Of a DNA stretch of 64,000 bases, positions 56,086 to 64,000 are shown in pieces (within the stretch, counting starts at the first letter, position 1; each line of letters starts with the position of its first letter). The position numbers and the translations under genes are program-made. The stretch lies in assembly GCA_965222605.1 (NCBI GenBank), contig OZ244960.1:896001-960000 (forward strand), read 5' to 3'. Source of the stretch: Candidatus Latescibacterota bacterium. GTDB lineage: Bacteria; Latescibacterota; UBA2968. The notes beneath the pieces are model-generated. The model had not been told where the DNA came from, did not search any database, and worked only from the letters and a program-made list of their open reading frames with translations.

Positions 56086-57354
56086 ATGGCCAAGCATCAC
56101 AAGCAAATCGAGTATGTAGAACCCAACACCTTGATCGTTGGCATTGATATCGGTAAATCGGTTCACTTCGTCAAGATGATGTTAGAAGGCAGGCAGATCG
56201 CCGCATTCAAACTCTACAATGAAGGTATGTCCTTTATGTCATTGCTCGACAAAATCCGACAGGTTGAAAAGCACCATCAGTGTGCGGCAACCCTGATTGG
56301 TATGGAACCTACTGGACATTATTGGTTGCCGTTGGCCTACTTTCTGCGGGCTCATAAACAGCCCTTCGTCCTGATTCAGCCTTCCCATGTGCGCTGGTCG
56401 AAAGAGATGGGGGACAACAGTCCCTTAAAAACAGACGACAAGGATGCTGGTGTCATCGCTGAACTGGTACGCCAGGGCAAGTCTCACAGGGCCTATCTGC
56501 CTGAAGGGGTCTATGCCGATTTGCGTGCCTTGACAGCGATGCGCTATGAAAAGAAAGATCAAATCACAGCGGCTAAAAACGTGCTTCATCGTATCCTGGA
56601 TGTCCTCTTTCCTGAGTTTGTGTCCCTCTTCAGCGATATAACAGGCAAAACCGCACAACAGATCCTCAACGTAGCACCTACGCCTTTGCAGATACAAGCC
56701 CTTGGCATTGATGAACTTACTCTCCTGATCCAAAAGGCATCAAATCGTCGCCTCTCCAAAGCCAAAGCACAGGCCGTCCTTGAAGCGGCTTCCACCTCCA
56801 TTGGCGTGAACCAGGCCATAGACAGTATCTGCCTCGAACTGATGCAAACCCTCTGCTTAATGGATCTGCTTAAAACCCAACTGCAAGAAATCGAAACCCA
56901 AATGAACGAACACCTACAACATATACCCCAAGCAGGATATATGTGCTCAATCCCTGGACTGGGACCAATCAGTGTGGCATCTATACTCGGCGAAACAGGC
57001 CCCTTTGAGGCTTATCAAGCACCTGAACAACTCATCAAACTGGCTGGCTTAAACCTCTTTGAAATCTCTTCAGGATATAAAAAGGGCACACGAAGAATCG
57101 CCAAAAGGGGACGCGCAAGACTTAGACGCATCCTCTATACAGCGGTCTTTCCTCTCATCTTCCATAATCCCATCTTCAAGGAGGCCTATCACCGATTTAA
57201 AGGGGCAGGAAAACCCACACAAAAAGCCATTATTGCCCTTTGCTCTAAACTCTTACGCATCCTCTTCGCGCTGGTCAATAAACAAGAAACTTTCAACATA
57301 AACTGCAACACCAAAAAGGAAAAGGTAGTATCTCAAGTAAAAAAAGCAGCTTAA
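56086..57354 (+). CDS. IS110 family DEDD transposase/recombinase
   Basis: GIDIGK, GMEPTG, KTDDKDA (DEDD); SIPGLG, AGL..ISSG (catalytic Ser motif), GRARLRRILY; RBS GAGGAGG. Confidence 0.95.
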   Translation: MAKHHKQIEYVEPNTLIVGIDIGKSVHFVKMMLEGRQIAAFKLYNEGMSFMSLLDKIRQVEKHHQCAATLIGMEPTGHYWLPLAYFLRAHKQPFVLIQPSHVRWSKEMGDNSPLKTDDKDAGVIAELVRQGKSHRAYLPEGVYADLRALTAMRYEKKDQITAAKNVLHRILDVLFPEFVSLFSDITGKTAQQILNVAPTPLQIQALGIDELTLLIQKASNRRLSKAKAQAVLEAASTSIGVNQAIDSICLELMQTLCLMDLLKTQLQEIETQMNEHLQHIPQAGYMCSIPGLGPISVASILGETGPFEAYQAPEQLIKLAGLNLFEISSGYKKGTRRIAKRGRARLRRILYTAVFPLIFHNPIFKEAYHRFKGAGKPTQKAIIALCSKLLRILFALVNKQETFNINCNTKKEKVVSQVKKAA

Positions 57355-57545
57355 GCTCCTGGGATGAGCAGGATAGAACGAAGTTGTACATACGGGCTTT
57401 GACCCTGAAGCGGTGACCTATTCGCCTGCCTTCTCAGGAGCTTGAATGAAGCAATTTAAGGGCACTGACCCTGAATGACATACCTGTGTAAAGCCCTGAG
57501 ATATATCTGGCAGGAATACCTGCTCGCGCTCGAATTTGGCACTTT
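57355..57545 (+). ncRNA. putative bridge/seek RNA of the IS110-family element
   Basis: Contains TTGTACA (57384-90) and AGCGGTG (57409-15), matching both strands of the actual target, and AGCAAT (57450-55) and ATACCTG (57480-86), matching the donor junction. Two GGG-N6-CCCTGAA hairpins; closing stem GAGCAGG/CCTGCTC. Transcript ends unknown. Confidence 0.78.
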
Positions 57546-58083
57546 TTCTACTTGACTTTCTTATACCTGTACAAATCGCGATGGGTACTGGGGGGCAAAA
57601 ATTGCAATGGCGTTTAGCGATGCGGATTTGGCAGCTATTGTGAAAATAGGGCATTTGAGTGACAAGAAGGCTGAAGAGAGACTCATTCAACTTTTGATTG
57701 CACGCCGCGATAAGGTGGGCGATTACTGGTTTCGACGCATAAATCCGCTGGATCGCTTTTGGATTGACAGACGAGGATTGCATTTTGAGGATCTGGCGAT
57801 TGTGGGAAATCTGGCTGCTGAAGCAGAGACCCGGTATTTTTATCAATTTTTGAGTCGCGATGGAAAGGCGCAGGGTGCTGTGCGTCAACTCGATACGTCA
57901 GGGCACATACCCATACCACGCGATTTGCCGGATGGACAATATTACGGGATAGAGATTCGGACCATGAGGTCCGGATGGGCAGATAAGTACGTTCGGGTTT
58001 ATTTTTTTGTTTGGAATGTCGGGCTATATCAGATTGTACGGGTTGATCGGCAGGAGTAGTTTCAATCAAAGGCCGGGAATCAA

Positions 58084-60315
58084 ATGACAGGCATAAAATT
58101 ATACGCAACCAAATGCGGCATAGTTCAAAGCCTATTTGTTTTTGTGTTGTGTTTCGGTTTTGTCTTGTTTAGCACGCTTCCTTCTTTTGCAACACAGAGA
58201 CCCCGGGTCGCACTTGTGCTCAGTGGGGGAGGCGCGCGTGGAGGGGCACATATCGGCGTGTTGCGCGTGCTCGAGCGCGAAGGTGTACCCATTGATTTGA
58301 TTGTGGGCGTGAGTTATGGCGCTCTGGTGGGAGGACTGTACGCTGCCGGATACTCTGTTGATAATGTCGAACGCATTATTGTAGAAACAGACTGGTGGGA
58401 AATAACCAACAATAGCCCCGACCGCCATCTGTCGAATTTGAATCGCAAACCAATGGCTGATCGTCAGATGCTTGCATTGCGCCTCGATAAATTTGATCTA
58501 AAATTTCCTTATGGGATTTTTGCCGGGCAAAAGATCCAGCATTTTCTCAATCAATTGACCCTTGGCGCAACTTATCGGGCGCGAAACGATTTTGATCGGC
58601 TTCCAACGCCTTTTCGCGCAATTGCAACAGATATTTTATCTGGAGAACAGGTCGTGCTTAAAAATGGCTCGCTCGGCACGGCAATCAGAGCGAGTATTTC
58701 TGTTCCCGGGGTATTTGCGCCGATAAGTACAGAACAAACCCATCTCGTAGATGGCGGCATTGTCAATAATCTGCCTGTAGATGTTGCATTAGACGCTGGC
58801 GCTGATTTTGTTATTGCCGTGGATTGTGCTACGCCTTTGCGCACTCAAAAGCACGAAATTGAAGATATTATCGACGTCATCGATCAAGCCGTTAGTTTTC
58901 GAATTGAAGAAAAAAAAATCGCAAATCGAAAACGCGCCCATGTGTTGATAATGCCCGATTTAAAAAAATTTGATGGAGGCGATTTTAATCTGTCATATAC
59001 CTTGATTCCAATTGGCGAAAAAGAAACCGAAAAACATCTGGATGCGATCTGGAAGGCTCTGCAAACACTCGGAATTTCAAAGCCCATTGGAAAGTCAAGA
59101 TCGTCGATATTGCCAGATGAGTTTGATCTTAGAACCTGGGCGAATATACCATCGGATATTGTGATTGACCGGGTTCGGATTGAGGGTTTAGAGCGCTACT
59201 CACAAAAGGCATTTACATCGCAGTTGGAAAAGTTCATCAATAAGCCTATATCGTTTCGGGAACTGGAACGCGAATCTGGCCGGTTCCATGCGACCGGATT
59301 GTTTCAAACGGTGGATTACCAAATTGTCTATCATGAAGACTATACCGAATTGGTTTTTCAGGTGCTTGAAAACCCCCCCAGTGAATTGAAAATAGGACTT
59401 CATTACGACAATGATTTTCGGGTTTCGGCACTGTGCGAGTTTACACATCAAAATGCTTATGGCCGCGTATCAGAGTTTTATTTTCGCGGCCTGTTGGGCA
59501 ATTTGAATTTTGCTGAAATGAATTTAATTTTTCGCTCATCTAAGGCCCTGGGTTTCCTCGGAGAGATTCAAGGTTGGAATCAAGAACGGTTGTATTTTCA
59601 AAATGGGCAACGCCAGGACACGTATAATGAGAAACGTTTTCGCACGCGATTGGGCATACAGGTTTTGTTCCACAGTTGGGGAGGTTTCAAAGTGGGATAT
59701 CAAGTTGAGCATGTCCGCATTCGCGATGCGGATCGTTCAATAGGCAATGCGTCTAAATATCTACCCGGCTTCTGGTTATCTGCAGGTATTGACACCCGAG
59801 ACGATGCGTTTTTGACAAGACACGGCGTCTATTTTCAAACGCAAGCAAAATGGGTTCATCGGACATTTTCACATAAGCAGGTGCAAACAAAACTCGCGTA
59901 CTTCGCCAGTCCCCATCCGCAATTGAGTGTGGGCCTCTGGTCTCAGGGAGGCTATATGACACAGTCTGCACCGATTTATGAACACTTCGCATTAGGTGGT
60001 GCAGGACACTTTAGTAACGCAGCATTGCGCGTTGTCGGTCTCAAACGCGACGAACTGAGAGTTCCCAGGTTCGTATCGGCGGGCATTTCTATTTGGAGCC
60101 ACAAGAAATTTTGGGGATCCATACCGCTCAGTGCTGTCGGAATTTTCTATCAGGGCGGTCTGTACAACAATCCGAATCGGTCAAATACCCGTATCCACGG
60201 TTTTGGTATTGGTGGTTATATCAGCACAACGTTTTTAGGCCCCATTCGCATTGATATTGTGAGCACAGAAAAAAAAGATATCCAGATTTATACCTCAGTC
60301 GGATATGCGTTTTGA
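58084..60315 (+). CDS. patatin-like phospholipase + POTRA + Omp85 barrel (PlpD-like, type Vd architecture)
   Basis: LSGGGARG, GVSYG (GxSxG), LVDGG; POTRA-like IDRVRIEGL..TGLFQTV; LGPIRIDI..SVGYAF terminus. Confidence 0.9.
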   Translation: MTGIKLYATKCGIVQSLFVFVLCFGFVLFSTLPSFATQRPRVALVLSGGGARGGAHIGVLRVLEREGVPIDLIVGVSYGALVGGLYAAGYSVDNVERIIVETDWWEITNNSPDRHLSNLNRKPMADRQMLALRLDKFDLKFPYGIFAGQKIQHFLNQLTLGATYRARNDFDRLPTPFRAIATDILSGEQVVLKNGSLGTAIRASISVPGVFAPISTEQTHLVDGGIVNNLPVDVALDAGADFVIAVDCATPLRTQKHEIEDIIDVIDQAVSFRIEEKKIANRKRAHVLIMPDLKKFDGGDFNLSYTLIPIGEKETEKHLDAIWKALQTLGISKPIGKSRSSILPDEFDLRTWANIPSDIVIDRVRIEGLERYSQKAFTSQLEKFINKPISFRELERESGRFHATGLFQTVDYQIVYHEDYTELVFQVLENPPSELKIGLHYDNDFRVSALCEFTHQNAYGRVSEFYFRGLLGNLNFAEMNLIFRSSKALGFLGEIQGWNQERLYFQNGQRQDTYNEKRFRTRLGIQVLFHSWGGFKVGYQVEHVRIRDADRSIGNASKYLPGFWLSAGIDTRDDAFLTRHGVYFQTQAKWVHRTFSHKQVQTKLAYFASPHPQLSVGLWSQGGYMTQSAPIYEHFALGGAGHFSNAALRVVGLKRDELRVPRFVSAGISIWSHKKFWGSIPLSAVGIFYQGGLYNNPNRSNTRIHGFGIGGYISTTFLGPIRIDIVSTEKKDIQIYTSVGYAF

Positions 60316-60387
60316 TGCGTTAGAAAATTTTTGATCCATCCGTCCAGCGTCAGGTTATCCAAATCACCCTGAAACGAAGGGACAAAC

Positions 60388-63099
60388 ATGATATTTTCCA
60401 AAGGGAACGCTATTGTACTCTTATTGGTGTTCGCTTTTTCTGTTCCGATAGAATCCACACCTGATGAGGATTCCCCTGCTCCAGGATACAGGATTCACCG
60501 ATCTATTCCTCCGCAGGGTGCCAGGACCCACATGGTGATTCCAGGGGAAAGATTCCGGGCTGGCGGGTTCAAACGCTGGTTCTACGGCAGCAATTACCGG
60601 GACCTCTGGACCACCCCTATCGAGGTTGCGGTCCTCGACCTCGACAGCGTAGGAGGTGGCTTGACGCCGCTTCGCACCGGCGGATTCGGACAGTCCATCT
60701 CGCTTCACTTTACAGGAGAAGACGGTCGCCGATATACGGTCCGCTCCCTGGATAAAGATCCCACCAAAAGAATATGGGACGAACTCAAGGATACCATTGT
60801 CGATGACGTCCTTCAGGACTTGATCAGCGCGCTTCTGCCAACAGGGGCACTCGTGGCTGATCCGCTGATGGAAGCCACGGGTATCCTCCATTCCAAGCAC
60901 ACGCTCGTAGTCATTCCAGATGATCCGAAGCTGGGAGAATACCGCGAAGAGTTTGCCGGCCTTATCGGAACGCTGCAAGAACACCCTTCTGAAGGGCCGG
61001 ACGATACGCCTGGCTTTGCGGGTTCCCGAAAGGTCAGCGGAACCGAGAGGCTGTGGGAACACCTTGAAGAAAGTCCTTGCAACCGCGTCAATGCCCGAGC
61101 CTATCTAAAAGCGAAACTGATGGATTTTCTCATCGGTGACAAGGACCGCCATTACGGTCAGTGGAGATGGGCGCGATTTCCCGATGGCGATTGTCATACC
61201 TATCTTACAATACCCGAGGACCGCGACCAGGCTTTTATCGGCTTCAAGGGATTTGCTATGGCAGTGGCGCGCAAAAGGCTCCCCAGGCAAATCGAGTTCG
61301 GAGACAAGTATCCGAGTTTGGTTGGCCTATCCACTACTGGTTGGGAGATGGACCGCGAATTTCTGGTCGAACTCGATAAGACCGCGTGGGATTCGGTAGT
61401 AACAGTGTTTCGCAGGGACCTGCCAGATTCGGTCATTGAGGATGCCGTGCGGAAGCTCCCACCACCGTATTACAAGATGATTGGGGAAGCTCTTACAGAA
61501 GCCCTCAAATCGAGGCGGGACGCATTGCCAGAATTTGTCAGCAGATACTATGAATTGATTACTCGCCAGATCGAAATCCAGGCGACCGATAAGGACGAGT
61601 ACGTCCAGTGTGAACACATGCCGAGCGGTGATCTCGCAGTCCGTATCGGTCTGATAGAAGGCACTGGTGAAGAAAGAAAGACGCCCTATTTCCAGAGGAC
61701 GTTCCACCCCCAGGAAACCCGGGCAGTCCGAATATATCTTCGGGGCGGGGATGACCGTGCGGAAATATCGGGAACAAAGGGACAGATTGTCGTTCGCATT
61801 GATGGCGGCGGTGGAGATGACACGCTCACAAACTCATCCGATGCATCAAAGACCCGGTTTTATGATTCTCGTGGAAAAAATCGGTTCGCCAAAGGCAAGG
61901 GAGCAAAAATCGACGAGAGACCCTACAAGCGTCCTCCCGCACGGATTCTCCGTGCAAGGTATGCACTGGACTGGGGCATGCAGGCTATTACTGCTCCGAT
62001 TCTCAGGGTAAATCCAGATATGGATATATTCGTGGGGGCGACCTACCATCGGCAGCATTTCGGCTATCGAAAAGACCCTTTCTCTTCGCAACATTTTTTT
62101 AAGGTCGGGCTGGCGAAAGACAATGATCTCAAGGGAATCAAGCCTTTTGCTTCCTATACCGGAAACTTTCGCCAACTAATGCGCGACCTCGACGCAAAAA
62201 TCTACTTAGAGTACTCCGGAATCCAGACAATCCGGTTCAACGGATTCGGTAACAGAACGGAGATTCCGCGTCCGTCTTCCTTTTATAAGGTGGAACAAAA
62301 TCATTTCGTTTTCGCACCGGCCCTCGAGTTTCGAGCGGGAGAACAGGAAGGAGATATGCCTCATGTTGGTATGGGGTCGCTCCGCTCGAAATTAACCATT
62401 GACTTTGGGCCGATTATCAAGTATTCAAACACACCACTCAGTTCCAATAGGGAAAAATTTATCGGTTCGCTCGATTCTCCACTTTACGGTACGGGTTCCT
62501 TCGGTCAGGTAGGCGCACTGGGTGAAATCAGTTACGACACGCGTAACAGTTTAGGGTATCCCACTCGTGGGATTTGGGTCAGGTTTGCCGGAGCCATCTA
62601 TCCGGAAGTCTGGAATGTGCAATCGACCTTTGGCAGTATAGATGGGGCAGCCAGTACTTACTTGACTGCCCCTATTCCGACTACCCCGACCCTTGCCTTA
62701 AGAGCGGGTGGCAAGAAGGTGTGGGGGACCTTTCCCTTCCACGAAAGTGCCTTTCTGGGCGGGTCCGGTTTTGTCGGTAGTGGCATATTCAGTGGCAATT
62801 TGCGTGGTTTCCGGAAAAACCGGTTCGCTGGAGATACCTCGATATATGGAAATTCCGAACTGCGGCTGGTTCTGACCAAAATCAAGCTTTTGGTGTCGGG
62901 AGAGTTGGGCGTGTTCGGTGCGGCTGATGCCGGACGGGTGATTTATGACAAAGATCCTGACAATGCTGATAAATGGCACACCAGTATCGGTGGTGGATTC
63001 TGGCTGTCTTTCCTCCAGCGCCAACAGACCTTGAGCGTGGCAGTCGTAAAAGGCGATGACTTGACGGGCGTATATCTGCGCGCTGGTTTTATGTTTTAG
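60388..63099 (+). CDS. atypical-kinase-like passenger fused to an Omp85/BamA-family barrel
   Basis: Signal peptide; GGFGQS Gly loop, FLIGDKDRHYGQW, IPEDRDQAF; barrel motifs LRGFRKNRFAG, NSELRL, ADAGRV, terminal GFMF. Confidence 0.82.
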   Translation: MIFSKGNAIVLLLVFAFSVPIESTPDEDSPAPGYRIHRSIPPQGARTHMVIPGERFRAGGFKRWFYGSNYRDLWTTPIEVAVLDLDSVGGGLTPLRTGGFGQSISLHFTGEDGRRYTVRSLDKDPTKRIWDELKDTIVDDVLQDLISALLPTGALVADPLMEATGILHSKHTLVVIPDDPKLGEYREEFAGLIGTLQEHPSEGPDDTPGFAGSRKVSGTERLWEHLEESPCNRVNARAYLKAKLMDFLIGDKDRHYGQWRWARFPDGDCHTYLTIPEDRDQAFIGFKGFAMAVARKRLPRQIEFGDKYPSLVGLSTTGWEMDREFLVELDKTAWDSVVTVFRRDLPDSVIEDAVRKLPPPYYKMIGEALTEALKSRRDALPEFVSRYYELITRQIEIQATDKDEYVQCEHMPSGDLAVRIGLIEGTGEERKTPYFQRTFHPQETRAVRIYLRGGDDRAEISGTKGQIVVRIDGGGGDDTLTNSSDASKTRFYDSRGKNRFAKGKGAKIDERPYKRPPARILRARYALDWGMQAITAPILRVNPDMDIFVGATYHRQHFGYRKDPFSSQHFFKVGLAKDNDLKGIKPFASYTGNFRQLMRDLDAKIYLEYSGIQTIRFNGFGNRTEIPRPSSFYKVEQNHFVFAPALEFRAGEQEGDMPHVGMGSLRSKLTIDFGPIIKYSNTPLSSNREKFIGSLDSPLYGTGSFGQVGALGEISYDTRNSLGYPTRGIWVRFAGAIYPEVWNVQSTFGSIDGAASTYLTAPIPTTPTLALRAGGKKVWGTFPFHESAFLGGSGFVGSGIFSGNLRGFRKNRFAGDTSIYGNSELRLVLTKIKLLVSGELGVFGAADAGRVIYDKDPDNADKWHTSIGGGFWLSFLQRQQTLSVAVVKGDDLTGVYLRAGFMF

Positions 63100-63117
63100 A
63101 TAATAAAGGAGGATGCT

Positions 63118-64000
63118 ATGCTCAACAACATTATCATACGTCTCGCCATTTACTATATCACATGGCTTTTGATTCTCAATGCGATTTTTCACATCTTCCC
63201 CGAAATCCTCCATTACGTTGCCGAAGAGCGTGAACGCATATTCGTAGGAAAATCCCTTGGCTCCGGGACCGATGCGGCCATTCCACTTGGAAACATCAAA
63301 GAAGGGATAAACCGACTTGCCGATCCGGCACACACGATTCCAGTTGTGGTCGCTTTGGTACTGGCCTTCGGGGTTACCCTCCCACTTACCTGGGTATATG
63401 CCTGGACGCATCCGCCTAAGAACTACAGTCAAACCTTTGTACACACTCTGCTCGTGATACCTGTCGCCATCTCGCTGGTTGTTTTTTTGGTTAAGGGTAG
63501 TCTTGCCCTTGCGTTCAGCCTGGCGGGTATCGTGGCCGCCGTCAGCTTTCGGACCTCACTCAAAGAGACCATGGATGCCGTGTATCTGTTTATGGTCATC
63601 GGGATAGGGCTGGCGGCCGGTACCCAGCTTACGACTGTGGCCTACCTCGCATCGCTGGCTTTCGTCACCATAACACTGGGCGTGTGGAAAACCAATTATG
63701 GAGCGCAACCACCAGTACTATCCGGCTGGAGAATTGTTTCACCTGATCACTCGGACCAGGCCTCTGGAGCAAAGGCCATTACCACCGGGAATCCTTATAA
63801 TGCCCGGATAGAAGTACATACAACGAAGGTCAAAACAGCGCAAAAAGCAACAGCTCAAATCCTGAAATCCGGAACCAAACAGTGGCAGGTAGCAGATGTG
63901 ATCGAGAAAGAGGATGGAACGGCCATCGTTGTGTATGATGTTTCGTTAAAACAATCCGTCAATCTGTCTTCCCTTATCCGGGATATAGAAAAAAGCACAA
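63118..64000 (+). CDS. DUF4956 family membrane protein, 3'-truncated by window edge (not in ORF track)
   Basis: RBS AAGGAGG; open to the window end; YSQTFVHTL..LVKGSLALAFSLAGIVAAVSFRTSLKETMDAVYLFMVIGIGLAAG. Confidence 0.85.
   Translation, partial: MLNNIIIRLAIYYITWLLILNAIFHIFPEILHYVAEERERIFVGKSLGSGTDAAIPLGNIKEGINRLADPAHTIPVVVALVLAFGVTLPLTWVYAWTHPPKNYSQTFVHTLLVIPVAISLVVFLVKGSLALAFSLAGIVAAVSFRTSLKETMDAVYLFMVIGIGLAAGTQLTTVAYLASLAFVTITLGVWKTNYGAQPPVLSGWRIVSPDHSDQASGAKAITTGNPYNARIEVHTTKVKTAQKATAQILKSGTKQWQVADVIEKEDGTAIVVYDVSLKQSVNLSSLIRDIEKST

Larger units (their letters stand above)
55980..57569 (+). mobile_element. IS110-family (IS1111-like) insertion sequence, 1590 bp including one TG core
   Basis: TG at both junctions (55978-79, 57568-69); removal restores the host ORF; joined ends give TTGACT-N17-TATAAT; imperfect subterminal inverted repeats; long 3' non-coding region. 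Confidence 0.92.
54790..58059 (+). pseudogene. secreted atypical-kinase-fold protein (about 559 aa reconstructed) interrupted by an IS110-family element
   Basis: 54790-55977 joins in frame to 57568-58059 as ..YPNPAFQR|CTNRDGYWGAKIAMAFSD..; motifs YFLKFD, ELATTAEVV, WINDVDRRAAN. Confidence 0.85.

Noticed and set aside
57607-58059. Independent 150-aa gene after the transposase
   Set aside because: It is the in-frame 3' half of the gene interrupted at 55977
62698-63444. 248-aa minus-strand ORF
   Set aside because: Overlaps the barrel gene and the DUF4956 gene on the plus strand, which have clear motifs and an RBS

Overview
Bacterial genomic window (~50% GC), probably from a diderm host-associated lineage. 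The WD40/LRR/FN3/cadherin/CARDB-rich secreted proteins with dockerin-like tags, the PhyH gene and the TA/Uma2 debris resemble sponge-symbiont Latescibacterota/Gemmatimonadota/Poribacteria genomes; this taxonomy is inference only. Layout: (1-4.7 kb) 3' part of a TonB-dependent receptor, then a patchwork of toxin-antitoxin/nuclease genes and fragments bounded by short diverged duplications. (4.7-13.7 kb) mostly housekeeping genes: PMI, an orphan DUF2357/McrC-like nuclease, HAD, oligopeptidase A, MscS, PhyH and a porin. (14-20.9 kb) an atypical REC-AraC regulator and a tandem array of nine small, mostly lipoprotein, genes including a BamE-like one. (20.9-53.1 kb) six very large secreted repeat proteins that all carry a dockerin-like double EF-hand module; one also has a cohesin-like domain and two end in leishmanolysin-like proteases. 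(53.3-64 kb) an Omp85-barrel cluster with atypical-kinase-fold and patatin passengers plus DUF4956. One gene of this cluster is split by an IS110-family (IS1111-like) element whose ends, TG core, junction promoter and putative bridge/seek-RNA guides can be read from the sequence. No rRNA, tRNA, CRISPR array, integrase or reverse transcriptase was seen. All calls are by eye; no database searches were run.
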